Below, one piece after another: positions 51,501-60,176 of a DNA stretch of 64,000 bases. The stretch covers positions 448,001-512,000 of the forward strand of contig CAWETI010000003.1 in assembly GCA_963812015.1 (NCBI GenBank). The letters are read 5' to 3'. A model generated the notes under the pieces. It was not told the DNA's origin and ran no database searches. It saw only the letters and a program-made list of their open reading frames with translations. This stretch comes from an uncultured delta proteobacterium (lineage in GTDB: Bacteria > Desulfobacterota > Desulfobaccia > Desulfobaccales > 0-14-0-80-60-11). Made by a program: the position numbers and the translations under genes. How positions within the stretch are numbered: the first letter of the stretch is position 1; each line of letters begins with the position of its first letter.

Positions 51501-52604
51501 GGCCAATTCTCGGAGTTCGGCTTCACCTATGGAGCCTATGATCCCGGGCAGACTGCCGCCATCGCCCTGGGATGTCTCTTCATTTATCTGCGGAACGGCC
51601 ATGACGGGGCGGCTGCCTGGGTCCGGCGCCTCCTGGATGATCTCCGGGAAAACCGCGGGGACCCGGGGTTCGGCGGTTATAAGAGCGATTACCATTACGC
51701 CTGGCTCAACAGCCTGGTGCTCCGGGCCTTTGGGCTGGCGTCCCGGGGCGCGGCCGGGCAATCGTATGTCTTCCCGGCCAGGCCCGAAGACGGGGAACAA
51801 TTCGACCGCCTGATGGCCTGGGTCTGGGCCCATGCCGGGGACGAGAAGCCCAACGTCCTCAACGCCGACCTGATTCCGTTTGCTTACAGCGAGGCGGCGG
51901 ATGTCTGGGAATACGTCCCGAACTACCTGGCCATGAGCCAGATGGGGACCCTGGAGGCGGTGGTGGCCATGCTGGGCGCGGCCCTGGAACACGGCAAGGC
52001 AACGGGGGAGTGGACCTGGTGGCAGACCCTGCTGGACTTTATTCTGCTGGATAACCTGGTGGGGCTGTCCTCATCCCAGATCCGCGCCCTGACGCTGGCC
52101 TATGAGCAGACCGGCTCCAAAAACCTGGTGCGGGTGCTTTACGCCGACTACGACACGGACAATGACAAATATGCCGAGGCCCGGGAGACGGCGGCCATCA
52201 GCGCCTGGGGCGAGCAGGCCCTGGACCTGGATTGTCGCTACGGCTCCACGGTGATCCTGGAAGATCCGGAACTGGCCCAACTCCTGGCTTCCCGCCTGCT
52301 GGCCCGACTGGCGGCCCCCCGGGAACTGGCCGAAGTCCAGACCTGGCTGGAAGGAGTGCGCCTGGAACTGGGAGACACGGTGGCGCTCTCTTCGGACTTT
52401 CATGGGTTGGACCAGGAGGAATTTACCGTGAGCGGGAAAGACCTGGACCTGGGGGGGCGGTTGGTGCGCCTGAGCCTGGACCGGCCTTTGAACACCTCCT
52501 GGTCCTGGGCGGTGGACGCCCCGGGCGGCGCCAACGACGCCTGGGCCATCGACGTGGCCAGTTCCTATGACGGCAACTGGGCCTATCGGGCCGAGGCGGG
52601 ATAA
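48510..52604 (+). CDS. Large multidomain tail-tip protein (CBM-like, LamG, helical hydrolase-like and phage tail C-terminal domains); probable original start at 48456 is cut by a TAG
   Basis: LamG signature VAGFWHFNG..TDASGRG...FTLE...FQGRIDLIRV; C-terminal RLELGDTVAL...VRLSL. Confidence 0.75.
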   Translation: MGGTPLQAAVAGNWQQAVATVDSAGRVEIGTPNPGGGQVCWVRGVWRLDTQFPWEGFWAEPMGGDVANYYPGGSFANEADLTTITLGTALPAGTPVQLYYLYLTGEQAIKYEPLNNYPCIRRAYRARDDYTYDFAVDRMLELMVLLHLAGRETGRDYGALIRFIWDAFEKREAPRTSPLMHDDFERQQWDRGAHLLYRGATYGATAFQAFQIELASGGGRALHVKAALPTTQDAAWFGYGLDWSLATDPFKAMDRLTFTLQGAGSTSLMHNLTKIGSGSATMLLLGDYAKQEKRRFLVQMESTGEVGAATFRWSRDEGLTWEATGLTSGNRQHPVVLEDELAVAWEGGDGTDLVAGDYWMFWAGEPAIHPRRLLVTLNDSSPDDSDPWGLEHTYIHAIPDRFTEATAFDLPFSQFWRRDNLIEDGDRVQAMWGSWYSATQQDAGDITIGTREETEVLLGETFYTQRQITWDLTGAATAFGAWAGIDTGRCSSAGRVNVNFLIKPVVSGVSSLTIRVKVKDAQGSYFYREVTVPVNDWQRVSVALGEMALESGSYPLTHPIQVVDIGCPSSPPSNGTFYLTDLKFDEHVTFAGADRLRTLEFKMEQQGLVEHEWWLDEVALNLTASDPYPYAPRQAISLTPYGQNPWRGPTLVHYAHPLAPYLVGALDLSQTYLGLHRDAQEEYTRRYGGAPGPIMPVHTRNDVENIPLCGEEDFLRFSWWRRYRDFGKVAGFWHFNGALTDASGRGHTLAWQGDGTPSYADGVCQPGPTALDLDGSHYLSLDDADLNLGTEDFTLEMVLKPGTLVDGARLISKIATGGAGFEVCLGPGGAVQLVMADSSGASVLTPNPGLSLDTANHHYLAVSGDRDGQFTFCVVGSLGTGAAARPGSLDNGAAFTVGRRAGTAAGFFQGRIDLIRVHRGRALGGAELQDTWGIIQGRVNGSAYPEVGSGLGQYWAFLRLAEFFFLSNDAGAETILLNWLTWIDEVGAPDGNGWKVPGQFSEFGFTYGAYDPGQTAAIALGCLFIYLRNGHDGAAAWVRRLLDDLRENRGDPGFGGYKSDYHYAWLNSLVLRAFGLASRGAAGQSYVFPARPEDGEQFDRLMAWVWAHAGDEKPNVLNADLIPFAYSEAADVWEYVPNYLAMSQMGTLEAVVAMLGAALEHGKATGEWTWWQTLLDFILLDNLVGLSSSQIRALTLAYEQTGSKNLVRVLYADYDTDNDKYAEARETAAISAWGEQALDLDCRYGSTVILEDPELAQLLASRLLARLAAPRELAEVQTWLEGVRLELGDTVALSSDFHGLDQEEFTVSGKDLDLGGRLVRLSLDRPLNTSWSWAVDAPGGANDAWAIDVASSYDGNWAYRAEAG

Positions 52605-52666
52605 TTCCGGGGAGAGACCGCACCCCTCTCCCCCCATATTTCAATCAGGTTAAGCGAGGTTAATCC

Positions 52667-53722
52667 ATGTCTCTGATTTCCCTTCCCCAGAGCAAATGGG
52701 GCAGCGGCACCGGCCGCCAGGTTATTTTGAAAGGCGATTTCGCCAAGATCGAGCAGGCGCTTTTGGAGGGCTTCGACCTCACTCGGGGCCCCGGGCTGGA
52801 ATACGTGGACAGCGCCACCCTCCGGGTCAATGCCACGGGCGACTGCAAGGCCCGGGTGATGATGGGCGGTTTTCCTTCCCCCCTGGCCCGGGGCCACTGG
52901 GTGGATGGGGGCCTGAGCGATGGCCGCTACCGGGAGAACGCCGCCGCGGTGAGCCTGAACCTGGCCACCGCCGGGCAAATCTGGGGCACCGAGAAGTCCG
53001 CCCAGTGGTATGCCGTCTATGCCCTGGCGGGAGCCACTGACACCATCTTCTCCCTGAAAGCCATGCCGCTCATCAGGGTGGCTTCCCAGGACGGGCAGGT
53101 GATCACCCTGAGAAACAACGCCAATGGGGCCAACATCGGCTATGGGTTCACCGCCAACGAACTGGCGGGGGCCGCGCTCCTGATCCTCAGCGGCGCGTCC
53201 CGGGGCCTGGTCCGGGCCATCACCGCCAACAATGACGACAACGCCACCGGGGGCACCATCACCTATGGGGGCGCGGCCCTGAGCCTGGCCCAGGGGGATT
53301 GGGGCGTGGTCCTGCCGGCCACCAACTTTCGGTACCTCGGCATGATATTGAACGATGCCAGCGGCAACCTGGTCCCCTTTTACCAGGAAGGGGGCCGCAC
53401 CAGTTACCGCAGCCCCCGGCAGTTATGCGCCGGGGCCCTGAACGGCTATACCCTGATGGACCTGGGCCTGGTGGCGCCGCCGACGGCGTATGTGCTTACA
53501 GGGTATGCGGCGGGCGCGGCCGGCTACGACGTGAAGCTGGCCGTGTCCTACGACGGCAGCACCCCGGCCCTGGTGGTTCACGCGGCCCCGCCGTCCGGGA
53601 CCTTCCAGGGCGAGCGGGGGGCCATCCCCTTTGCCTGCCAGGTTCTGCCGGGGGACCGGGTGTATCTGAACAATGAGAACACCGCCAATCAGGCGGTCAA
53701 GATTACGGGTTGGAGGGAATGA
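52667..53722 (+). CDS. Putative tail fibre/receptor-binding protein
   Basis: Last tail gene; WYAVYA, FRYLG.I.NDASGN...FYQ. Confidence 0.6.
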   Translation: MSLISLPQSKWGSGTGRQVILKGDFAKIEQALLEGFDLTRGPGLEYVDSATLRVNATGDCKARVMMGGFPSPLARGHWVDGGLSDGRYRENAAAVSLNLATAGQIWGTEKSAQWYAVYALAGATDTIFSLKAMPLIRVASQDGQVITLRNNANGANIGYGFTANELAGAALLILSGASRGLVRAITANNDDNATGGTITYGGAALSLAQGDWGVVLPATNFRYLGMILNDASGNLVPFYQEGGRTSYRSPRQLCAGALNGYTLMDLGLVAPPTAYVLTGYAAGAAGYDVKLAVSYDGSTPALVVHAAPPSGTFQGERGAIPFACQVLPGDRVYLNNENTANQAVKITGWRE

Positions 53723-53982
53723 TGACGCTGGAAGGCAAGAAAACCTATATCACGGCGACGGTGCTGGCCCTGGCCAGTTTTGCCCTGGCCATGGACTGGC
53801 TGAGCAAAGAACAGTACCAGGTGATCGTCGGCCTGGTGGGCTCCCTGGGACTGGCGGCGCTGCGGTCCGGGGTGGCCAAGGGCGCCGGGGATCAGGCTAA
53901 GGAAGGTGGCCAGGACGAGGCGGTGACTTTTGTCGGAGGGGCCAGGTCTGCGGCCAGGTCCAGCATCGGCGGCAATGGCTAA
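53719..53982 (+). CDS. Holin-like two-TM protein
   Basis: LEGKKTYI.A, two TMs, LGLAALRSGV. Confidence 0.6.
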   Translation: MMTLEGKKTYITATVLALASFALAMDWLSKEQYQVIVGLVGSLGLAALRSGVAKGAGDQAKEGGQDEAVTFVGGARSAARSSIGGNG

Positions 53983-54038
53983 AGGAAAAAACGGGGTGGC
54001 AGGCGGGGTGCCCCCTTGAATAATTCCTGGGAAAAACC

Positions 54039-54305
54039 ATGATGTATTATCAAGACCTGAGTGAACACGTGGGGGCCCTGGTCACACTGCTGGGCCTTTT
54101 CGCCGGGGTGAGCGGCTTTTTGGTGTGGCGTATGCTGGCGCGCATGGAGAAGAAGTTGGACGAGCTGGCGCACCATTTTTGCAGTTGCCGGGAGGAGCTG
54201 GGCGAGCGCTTTGTCCCCCGGTTTGAGCATGAGGTGGAGCACCACGGTGTGTGGGAGGCCCTCAATTACCACAGTCACGATATACGGGGGAGGGTGGTGC
54301 GATGA
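54039..54305 (+). CDS. Single-TM coiled-coil protein (lysis-module type)
   Basis: TM followed by RMEKKLDEL. Confidence 0.6.
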   Translation: MMYYQDLSEHVGALVTLLGLFAGVSGFLVWRMLARMEKKLDELAHHFCSCREELGERFVPRFEHEVEHHGVWEALNYHSHDIRGRVVR

Positions 54306-54517
54306 TTGAAGACCGGGTGGATTGTCTGGTCAACCATTTACATGTCACCTGTCTGACCCTCATCAGGCTCAAGAAAGAGGCGGTCTATGGTCAGGATCCC
54401 GGCTTCCTGGAGCTTTTGGGTGGATATTTACTGCATAGCCGTCAGTTAATGGACCTCATCCGGGACCGGGAGGAAACGGGAAAACCGCGCCGGGGGCGGT
54501 TTGCGTACCCCTGCTGA
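54302..54517 (+). CDS. Hypothetical protein
   Basis: ATGA overlap with the previous gene; GGAGGG RBS. Confidence 0.55.
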   Translation: MIEDRVDCLVNHLHVTCLTLIRLKKEAVYGQDPGFLELLGGYLLHSRQLMDLIRDREETGKPRRGRFAYPC

Positions 54518-55230
54518 AGGGGAGTAGGCCGGCGGGGCCAGGCCGCCCCCGGGTGGATGGGATTGCGGCCGGCCTTGGAAAGGCGCAGCCGGGAAAAGAC
54601 CGGGGGCCCCCGTCCCCTGTCTTCCCCGGGTGGTTCGCATCCTCCGGGATATACACCTTGTGGATTTACCAAGGCCGATTTGGTCCAATTTGAAACAATT
54701 CCCGAGTTTAGTTTTCCTTTTATATTTTAGACAGAATCCAATCCCTTGGACAGCTTGGTTAATTACCAAACTCTAAGAAGAGCAACTACAAACCAATTAT
54801 CAGTTTTGGCAAAGAATGTGCATATATATTTGACGCAGCATTTCAGGAAAATTATCGTCTAAAATCAGGGGAAGCCCCGATAGCCATTTTGAGAATATCA
54901 GATATAAAGGTCATTAAAAAATTGGTAGTGCATCAGTTTGAAAACTTGCCTCAGCGGATTTGCCCTTGGATTCAAGCCGTTCAGAATTATTCTGATGTTA
55001 ACTTTATCAAGGATTTACTATCAAAAAATCAGGACCCCCAAATGGTCATTTTTGAGCGAGTCAATTATTTTGGCGGAGAATTTTTGTGTTGGATTTTTTC
55101 GATTGTCTAGTATAGAGATAGTAATGACTGTCAATTTTTGAAAAATCCACGGGCCATGTGAAAAATAGAACAATATCTATTGACAAGGGCGCAAATATGA
55201 TAATATCGCCAAAGGATGGAGGGGACACCA

Positions 55231-55566
55231 ATGTCTAATGAGGCTCCTAAGCCACGGCAACTTGCTATTTTTTATAAAAAAAATGAATATTATAGATTAT
55301 TGCCAGCTACAGGCGCGTTTGGTGGCCCGAGCCCAACTGGTGATATTATAGTTGATTTTTTTGTGGAGAGACAAACTCATCCGGAAAAAATAATTTTAGA
55401 ACTTGATCCATCTGGACCAAAAGAGATTAAGAGAGAGGGCGAGAGGATTGTAAGAGAAATACAGGTAGGCATTTTGCTTAGGCCAGACCGTGCCCATGCT
55501 ATTGGGAAATGGCTTATTGAAAAGGCAAGTCAGGCTGGATTCTCAGAGATGGAGATAAAGCATTGA
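55231..55566 (+). CDS. Hypothetical protein (AT-rich cassette, gene 1)
   Basis: GGAGG RBS; YRLLPATGAFGGPSPTGDIIVDFFVER. Confidence 0.7.
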   Translation: MSNEAPKPRQLAIFYKKNEYYRLLPATGAFGGPSPTGDIIVDFFVERQTHPEKIILELDPSGPKEIKREGERIVREIQVGILLRPDRAHAIGKWLIEKASQAGFSEMEIKH

Positions 55567-56060
55567 GTACTGATTGGACTGTTGAAAAATCAAATTATTG
55601 TTTAGGAGTTCTGGATGAATCTGCGCCTGCGCGCCCACTTGATTATTTGATCAGGGTATGCGGATCAACAGCGGAAGACCTAGAATTTTATGTTGCTGGA
55701 ACGGAAAAGTTTAAAACCCATTTTGGCAATATTTTTGGTTATTTTAAGATAGTCAGAGATACTTTAAAAGAGGTTATATTATCACAAAAAAGGTCTTTGG
55801 AATATCATGGCGTTTATAATGCATTTTTAATGGGACAGACATCTGAGATTGAATTTGAGAAAATAGCGAAAAAATTTACTTATAAGCCAAAATCTATTAA
55901 TGCAAAGATATTATCTTCTAAGATAAATATACTTTTTAATATCACTAAAATTGATTATTCTCCTTCGGAATTAGCCGATCTTTTCCGTTGTAATATTAAT
56001 GATGTGACAACAGCTATTAAGTTAATGCCACGTAATAATTCATTAGGAGATGTGCAGTGA
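55563..56060 (+). CDS. Hypothetical protein with possible C-terminal HTH (cassette gene 2)
   Basis: 4-nt overlap; YSPSELADLFRCNINDVTTAIK. Confidence 0.6.
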   Translation: MSTDWTVEKSNYCLGVLDESAPARPLDYLIRVCGSTAEDLEFYVAGTEKFKTHFGNIFGYFKIVRDTLKEVILSQKRSLEYHGVYNAFLMGQTSEIEFEKIAKKFTYKPKSINAKILSSKINILFNITKIDYSPSELADLFRCNINDVTTAIKLMPRNNSLGDVQ

Positions 56061-56446
56061 TTTTAACTGAAGTCTGTACATCTATTGAAGGGGAGAAAGT
56101 ATTTCTGCAATGTAGACAATTTAATCCATTCCTGCCACGCATTGATTTGAAAATCGGCTGCTTAATTTATCCATTTAAAATGGGGGTAAGTTCTAAGGCT
56201 ATAGTTGAAGAGGAATTAAACCCAAAAGAACATAAATTCAGAGTTGAATCAATATTACATAAAGATACTTGCATAAAGGGAGAAACGATTGATGGCTTTG
56301 CGATAAAACCGCTAAAGGCAACAAAGATAATACACACAGGTGCACATAGAGGGAGGGTTATTAATACCAACTGCTTTACCTTTGCGCATATAGAAATTGG
56401 CTTTAGAGCACTTCTCCAAAAGAAAGAAAAGGAAAAAAAGAAATAA
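56057..56446 (+). CDS. Hypothetical basic protein (cassette gene 3)
   Basis: GTGA overlap; AGGAG RBS. Confidence 0.6.
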   Translation: MILTEVCTSIEGEKVFLQCRQFNPFLPRIDLKIGCLIYPFKMGVSSKAIVEEELNPKEHKFRVESILHKDTCIKGETIDGFAIKPLKATKIIHTGAHRGRVINTNCFTFAHIEIGFRALLQKKEKEKKK

Positions 56447-56760
56447 ACATAAAACCATTCTGCGATTCCTATTAATCGGCCAACCTGCAATTTCCTCCAA
56501 GCTCCAAACATGATCGGCAATGCCCGCCTTTCACCCTCCCCCCTCCAGAGATAAAAAACCTGCCGCAAGCTGAACATGAGGAACGGCCCCCCTGTCTGTG
56601 CATGGCAAATGGCGTGGGGCGCAGGGCGCAACCTGTAGGGGCATTACTTGGGCCAAGCCTCCGCTTTTGCTGACTGCTGACCGCTCTGGATAAACCTGCT
56701 CCTGGGTTGACGGTCAGCGGTTTTTCTGATAGGCCTGTGGATAATAAGGGATGGTAGGGC

Positions 56761-57372
56761 ATGAACCTGTTAGACCTGGGAATCATTGTTCTTCTGGGCT
56801 TGATTGCCCTGAGAGGCTATTACCGGGGCCTGTTCCAGGAGGTGGCGGTCCTGGTGGGCGTGGTGGGGGGCGTGGTGGTGGCGGCCCATACCTACCTCCG
56901 CCTGGCGGGGTGGTTAAAACCCTGGATCACCGACCCGCAACATGCCCGGTGGATCGCCTTTGCCGTGGTGTTGGTGGCGGTCTACTGGCTCACCCGGTTG
57001 GCGGCCCACTTTATTCAGCGAGTCCTTTACCATCTCTACCTGGATTTTTTTGACCGCCTACTGGGCGGGGTTTTTGCCCTGGCCAAGGGGGCGCTTTTGG
57101 TGGGATTCGGTCTGATGTTCCTGGGGGTGGTGATTCCGAAGGACTCCCACCTGTTTAAAGACTCCGCCATCGCTCCCCACCTCATCTCCCTCTCCCGGCA
57201 AGCTCTCGGGTTACTGCCACCGGACTTCAAGCAACGCCTGAACGATTATCTGAAGGAATGGCGCCAGCCCCGGGAAAAGTACCAGGCCGACGAATCCCGG
57301 CCCCCGGAGGACCAGGAGCCCCAGACCCCCGTCGCCCCCAGGCGCAATCTGGGGAAGAGCCCCCGGGCTTAA
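56761..57372 (+). CDS. cvpA: CvpA (colicin V production) family membrane protein
   Basis: MNLLD...RGYYRGLFQE; DRLLGGVFALAKG. Confidence 0.9.
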   Translation: MNLLDLGIIVLLGLIALRGYYRGLFQEVAVLVGVVGGVVVAAHTYLRLAGWLKPWITDPQHARWIAFAVVLVAVYWLTRLAAHFIQRVLYHLYLDFFDRLLGGVFALAKGALLVGFGLMFLGVVIPKDSHLFKDSAIAPHLISLSRQALGLLPPDFKQRLNDYLKEWRQPREKYQADESRPPEDQEPQTPVAPRRNLGKSPRA

Positions 57373-57430
57373 AGCAGCCGGTCCCGCCGGTATTCGGCCC
57401 GGGCCCATCTTATTCTGGAGCTGATTGGGT

Positions 57431-58237
57431 ATGAACGGTAAAAACGGCGATCCGGGTGCGGCGCTGAATGAATTTGTGGCCATTGTGCGGCGATTGCGGG
57501 GCCCGGGAGGATGCCCCTGGGACGCCCAGCAGACCCCGGAGACCTTAAAGACCTATGTCCTGGAAGAAGCTTACGAATTAATCGAGGCCCTGGACAGCGG
57601 CGATCCTCAGATGATCAAAGAGGAATTGGGGGACCTACTGCTGCACCTGGTATTCTTGAGCGACCTCTACCAGGAGCGGGGTACGTTTTCCCTGGCGGAT
57701 GTGACCGCGGGGATCGCGGCCAAGATGATCCACCGGCATCCCCATGTATTTGGGGACGCCAAGGCCGAGACCCAGGAAGAACTGGGCCGCCTCTGGCAGC
57801 AGGCCAAGGCCCAGGAGGGTAAGGAGCCGGCGGTCCCCTCCCTGGGCAAGGTCTCTCCGGCCCTGCCGGCCCTGGTCCAGGCCCAGCGTCTGGGGGAGGC
57901 TGCGGCCCGCATGGGTTTCGATTGGCCCAACGTCAAGGGCGCCTTGGACAAGGTCGAGGAGGAATGGCAGGAGCTGCGCGAGGCCCTGTCCCAACCCGCT
58001 AATCTGGCCTGGGAGGAAGAACTGGGGGACCTGCTCTTCTCTCTGGTCAACGTGGCCCGCTTCCTCAATATCGATTCCGAAGGGGCTTTGAGGCGCACCA
58101 TTTTTAAATTTATCAAACGGTTCAACGTGGTGGAACGGACCCTGGCCAAGGCGGGCAAGACCCCGGAGACCGCCACCCTGGAGGAGATGGATGCCATTTG
58201 GGAAGCCTGCAAAGCGAAGAAAGCCCAATCCCCGTGA
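57431..58237 (+). CDS. mazG: Nucleoside triphosphate pyrophosphohydrolase MazG
   Basis: LRGPGGCPWD, EEAYE, EELGDLL (twice), RHPHVFG, GFDW. Confidence 0.95.
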   Translation: MNGKNGDPGAALNEFVAIVRRLRGPGGCPWDAQQTPETLKTYVLEEAYELIEALDSGDPQMIKEELGDLLLHLVFLSDLYQERGTFSLADVTAGIAAKMIHRHPHVFGDAKAETQEELGRLWQQAKAQEGKEPAVPSLGKVSPALPALVQAQRLGEAAARMGFDWPNVKGALDKVEEEWQELREALSQPANLAWEEELGDLLFSLVNVARFLNIDSEGALRRTIFKFIKRFNVVERTLAKAGKTPETATLEEMDAIWEACKAKKAQSP

Positions 58238-58346
58238 GGGCCTATCCTCAGCGGGAAGCAGGTTGGGCCCATGAGTTTTTCCCAAGCATCCTTGTCAAGA
58301 CCGGGAAAAGGTGATAGATTCAACCAGTTTAAGGGGTTAATGCTTT

Positions 58347-60176
58347 ATGCCAGCCAGCCGGTCCCGGAGAACTTACCGCCTGAGCCTGACCATCCTGGCC
58401 ATCCTGGTCATGGCTGTCCTGCTGTCCACCCTCTTCTATACCTTCTGGCAGCGACTGAATAAGCAGGTGGTGGTTATCCTCCGGGATCAATTTAATCAGC
58501 AGCAGTTGATGCTGGCCAGGAAAATCGCCGACAACGTCGAGTCCTATTTCGACTTCCTGGAGAACGCCCTCCTGGGATATGCCGGCCTGTTCCAAACCAC
58601 CCCGCCCGACGAGGGGACCCTCGATGCATCCCTGGAAGAAAGGTTTGCCCGGCACAAGCGTTTCGGCCTGTTGGAGATTACCCGTTACAACTCCGAAGGC
58701 GTGAGGGTTCAGTCCTTCAGCGTCTCCGCCAATCCTCCTTCGGCCGGCAGCCGGCCTCTGCCCGCCGACTTCCTGAAGTGGGCCCAGGACCCCGGGCACC
58801 GCGGCCGCCTGTTTCTGAGCAAGACCTTTGATTATCCCGGCCCCCCCTGGCAAGGCCGGAGGGTGATGCGGTTTATTACGCCGCTCTATTGGGGAAAGAC
58901 GCCAAAATTCGCCGGGGTGCTGGAATTTCTCATCGACCCCTTTTTTATCTGTGCAAAAGTTACGGCGGGCGTGCGCTCCGGGCAAACCGGCTATGCCTGG
59001 ATCATTGACCAAAACCTGATCATGCTGGCCCACTACGAGAAGGATTTTGTGGGGTATGAAGCCATGGAAATCCGCCTCGCCCGCAACCCCAAGATCGTCT
59101 TTCGGGGGTTGCGCGAGCTCCACGCACACATCCTGGCGGGCCAGGAAGGGGTCACGGAATACGACTCCGGCTGGCACCGCCAGAAGCTGGGACAGATGCC
59201 GAAGTTAGCGGCCTATACCCCCATCAGGTTTAACAAAGGGTTGATCACGGGTGTAACCGACATGGAAGACCCGGCCCACAACCTTTGGGGGGTCTGCGTG
59301 GTGGCGCCGGTGGCGGAAGTGTATGGCAGCATCAGCCAGGTCCTGCACCAGGAATTATTTCTGGTGGGCCTGTTCTTCATCGTGGTGTTGGGGGCGGCGG
59401 GGGCGTTCATCGGCACCGCCTTCTTCTGGAGCAAGAGCCTGAGCCGCCAGGTGGAGTTGAAGACCGAGGAGTTGATGGAGTCCCAGGAGCGCCTGCTGCG
59501 CTCGGAGCGGTTTGCCGCGGTGGGGGAGGCGGCCGCTTATGTCAGCCATGAAATCAAGAATCCCCTGATGGTCATCGGCGGCCTGGCCAACCAGGTGGAG
59601 CGGCGCCTCCCCGAGGACCCGGCGGCTCAGGAGAAGCTCCATATCATCCAGAACGAAGTGAAGCGCCTGGAGTCTTTCCTGGGGGAATTGCGGGATTTCC
59701 TGCGCCCGGCCCAGCCCAGCAAACAGGAAATCAACCTGAACCAGGTGATCCAGGAGGTGGTGGCCTTGATGGAAGACGCCATCCAGGAAAAGGGGGTCAG
59801 CCTGGTGGCCCGGTTGGACCCGGACTTGCCTCCCATAGAGGCCGACCCCAACCAACTCAAGCAGGTCTTGCTGAATCTGCTCAAGAATGCCTTGGAGGCC
59901 ACGGAAGACCAAGGTAAAATCCTGATAAGCTCCGGGGCCCGAGACTCTCAGGTGTGGTTTGAGGTTCAGGATACGGGCAGGGGGATGGGCGAGGACGTGC
60001 TGGAAAAGATTTTCCATCCCTTTTATACTACCAAGGATAAGGGCACCGGCTTGGGACTGGCGGTGATCAATAAGATTGTCACCGATCACCACGGCACCAT
60101 TTCGGTGGACAGCGTCGCCGGAAGTGGCAGTACCTTCACGGTGAGATTGCCGCAAAAAGGCCCTGATGCTGCGTAA
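58347..60176 (+). CDS. Cache-domain sensor histidine kinase
   Basis: Two TMs; SHEIKNPL; NLLKNALEA; DTGRG; GTGLGL. Confidence 0.92.
   Translation: MPASRSRRTYRLSLTILAILVMAVLLSTLFYTFWQRLNKQVVVILRDQFNQQQLMLARKIADNVESYFDFLENALLGYAGLFQTTPPDEGTLDASLEERFARHKRFGLLEITRYNSEGVRVQSFSVSANPPSAGSRPLPADFLKWAQDPGHRGRLFLSKTFDYPGPPWQGRRVMRFITPLYWGKTPKFAGVLEFLIDPFFICAKVTAGVRSGQTGYAWIIDQNLIMLAHYEKDFVGYEAMEIRLARNPKIVFRGLRELHAHILAGQEGVTEYDSGWHRQKLGQMPKLAAYTPIRFNKGLITGVTDMEDPAHNLWGVCVVAPVAEVYGSISQVLHQELFLVGLFFIVVLGAAGAFIGTAFFWSKSLSRQVELKTEELMESQERLLRSERFAAVGEAAAYVSHEIKNPLMVIGGLANQVERRLPEDPAAQEKLHIIQNEVKRLESFLGELRDFLRPAQPSKQEINLNQVIQEVVALMEDAIQEKGVSLVARLDPDLPPIEADPNQLKQVLLNLLKNALEATEDQGKILISSGARDSQVWFEVQDTGRGMGEDVLEKIFHPFYTTKDKGTGLGLAVINKIVTDHHGTISVDSVAGSGSTFTVRLPQKGPDAA

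Larger units (their letters stand above)
29625..54517 (+). mobile_element. Mu-like virion morphogenesis cluster without early genes (GTA-like element or defective prophage)
   Basis: Ordered terS-terL-portal-protease-capsid-neck-tail-holin genes; no MuA/MuB, repressor or integrase in the locus. Confidence 0.85.

Noticed and set aside
43053..53722. R-type tailocin or contractile injection system
   Set aside because: No sheath or baseplate-wedge genes, and a full head and packaging module is present.
29480..54670. Mu-type TG...CA ends with 5-bp target duplication
   Set aside because: No convincing termini or repeated transposase-binding sites found.
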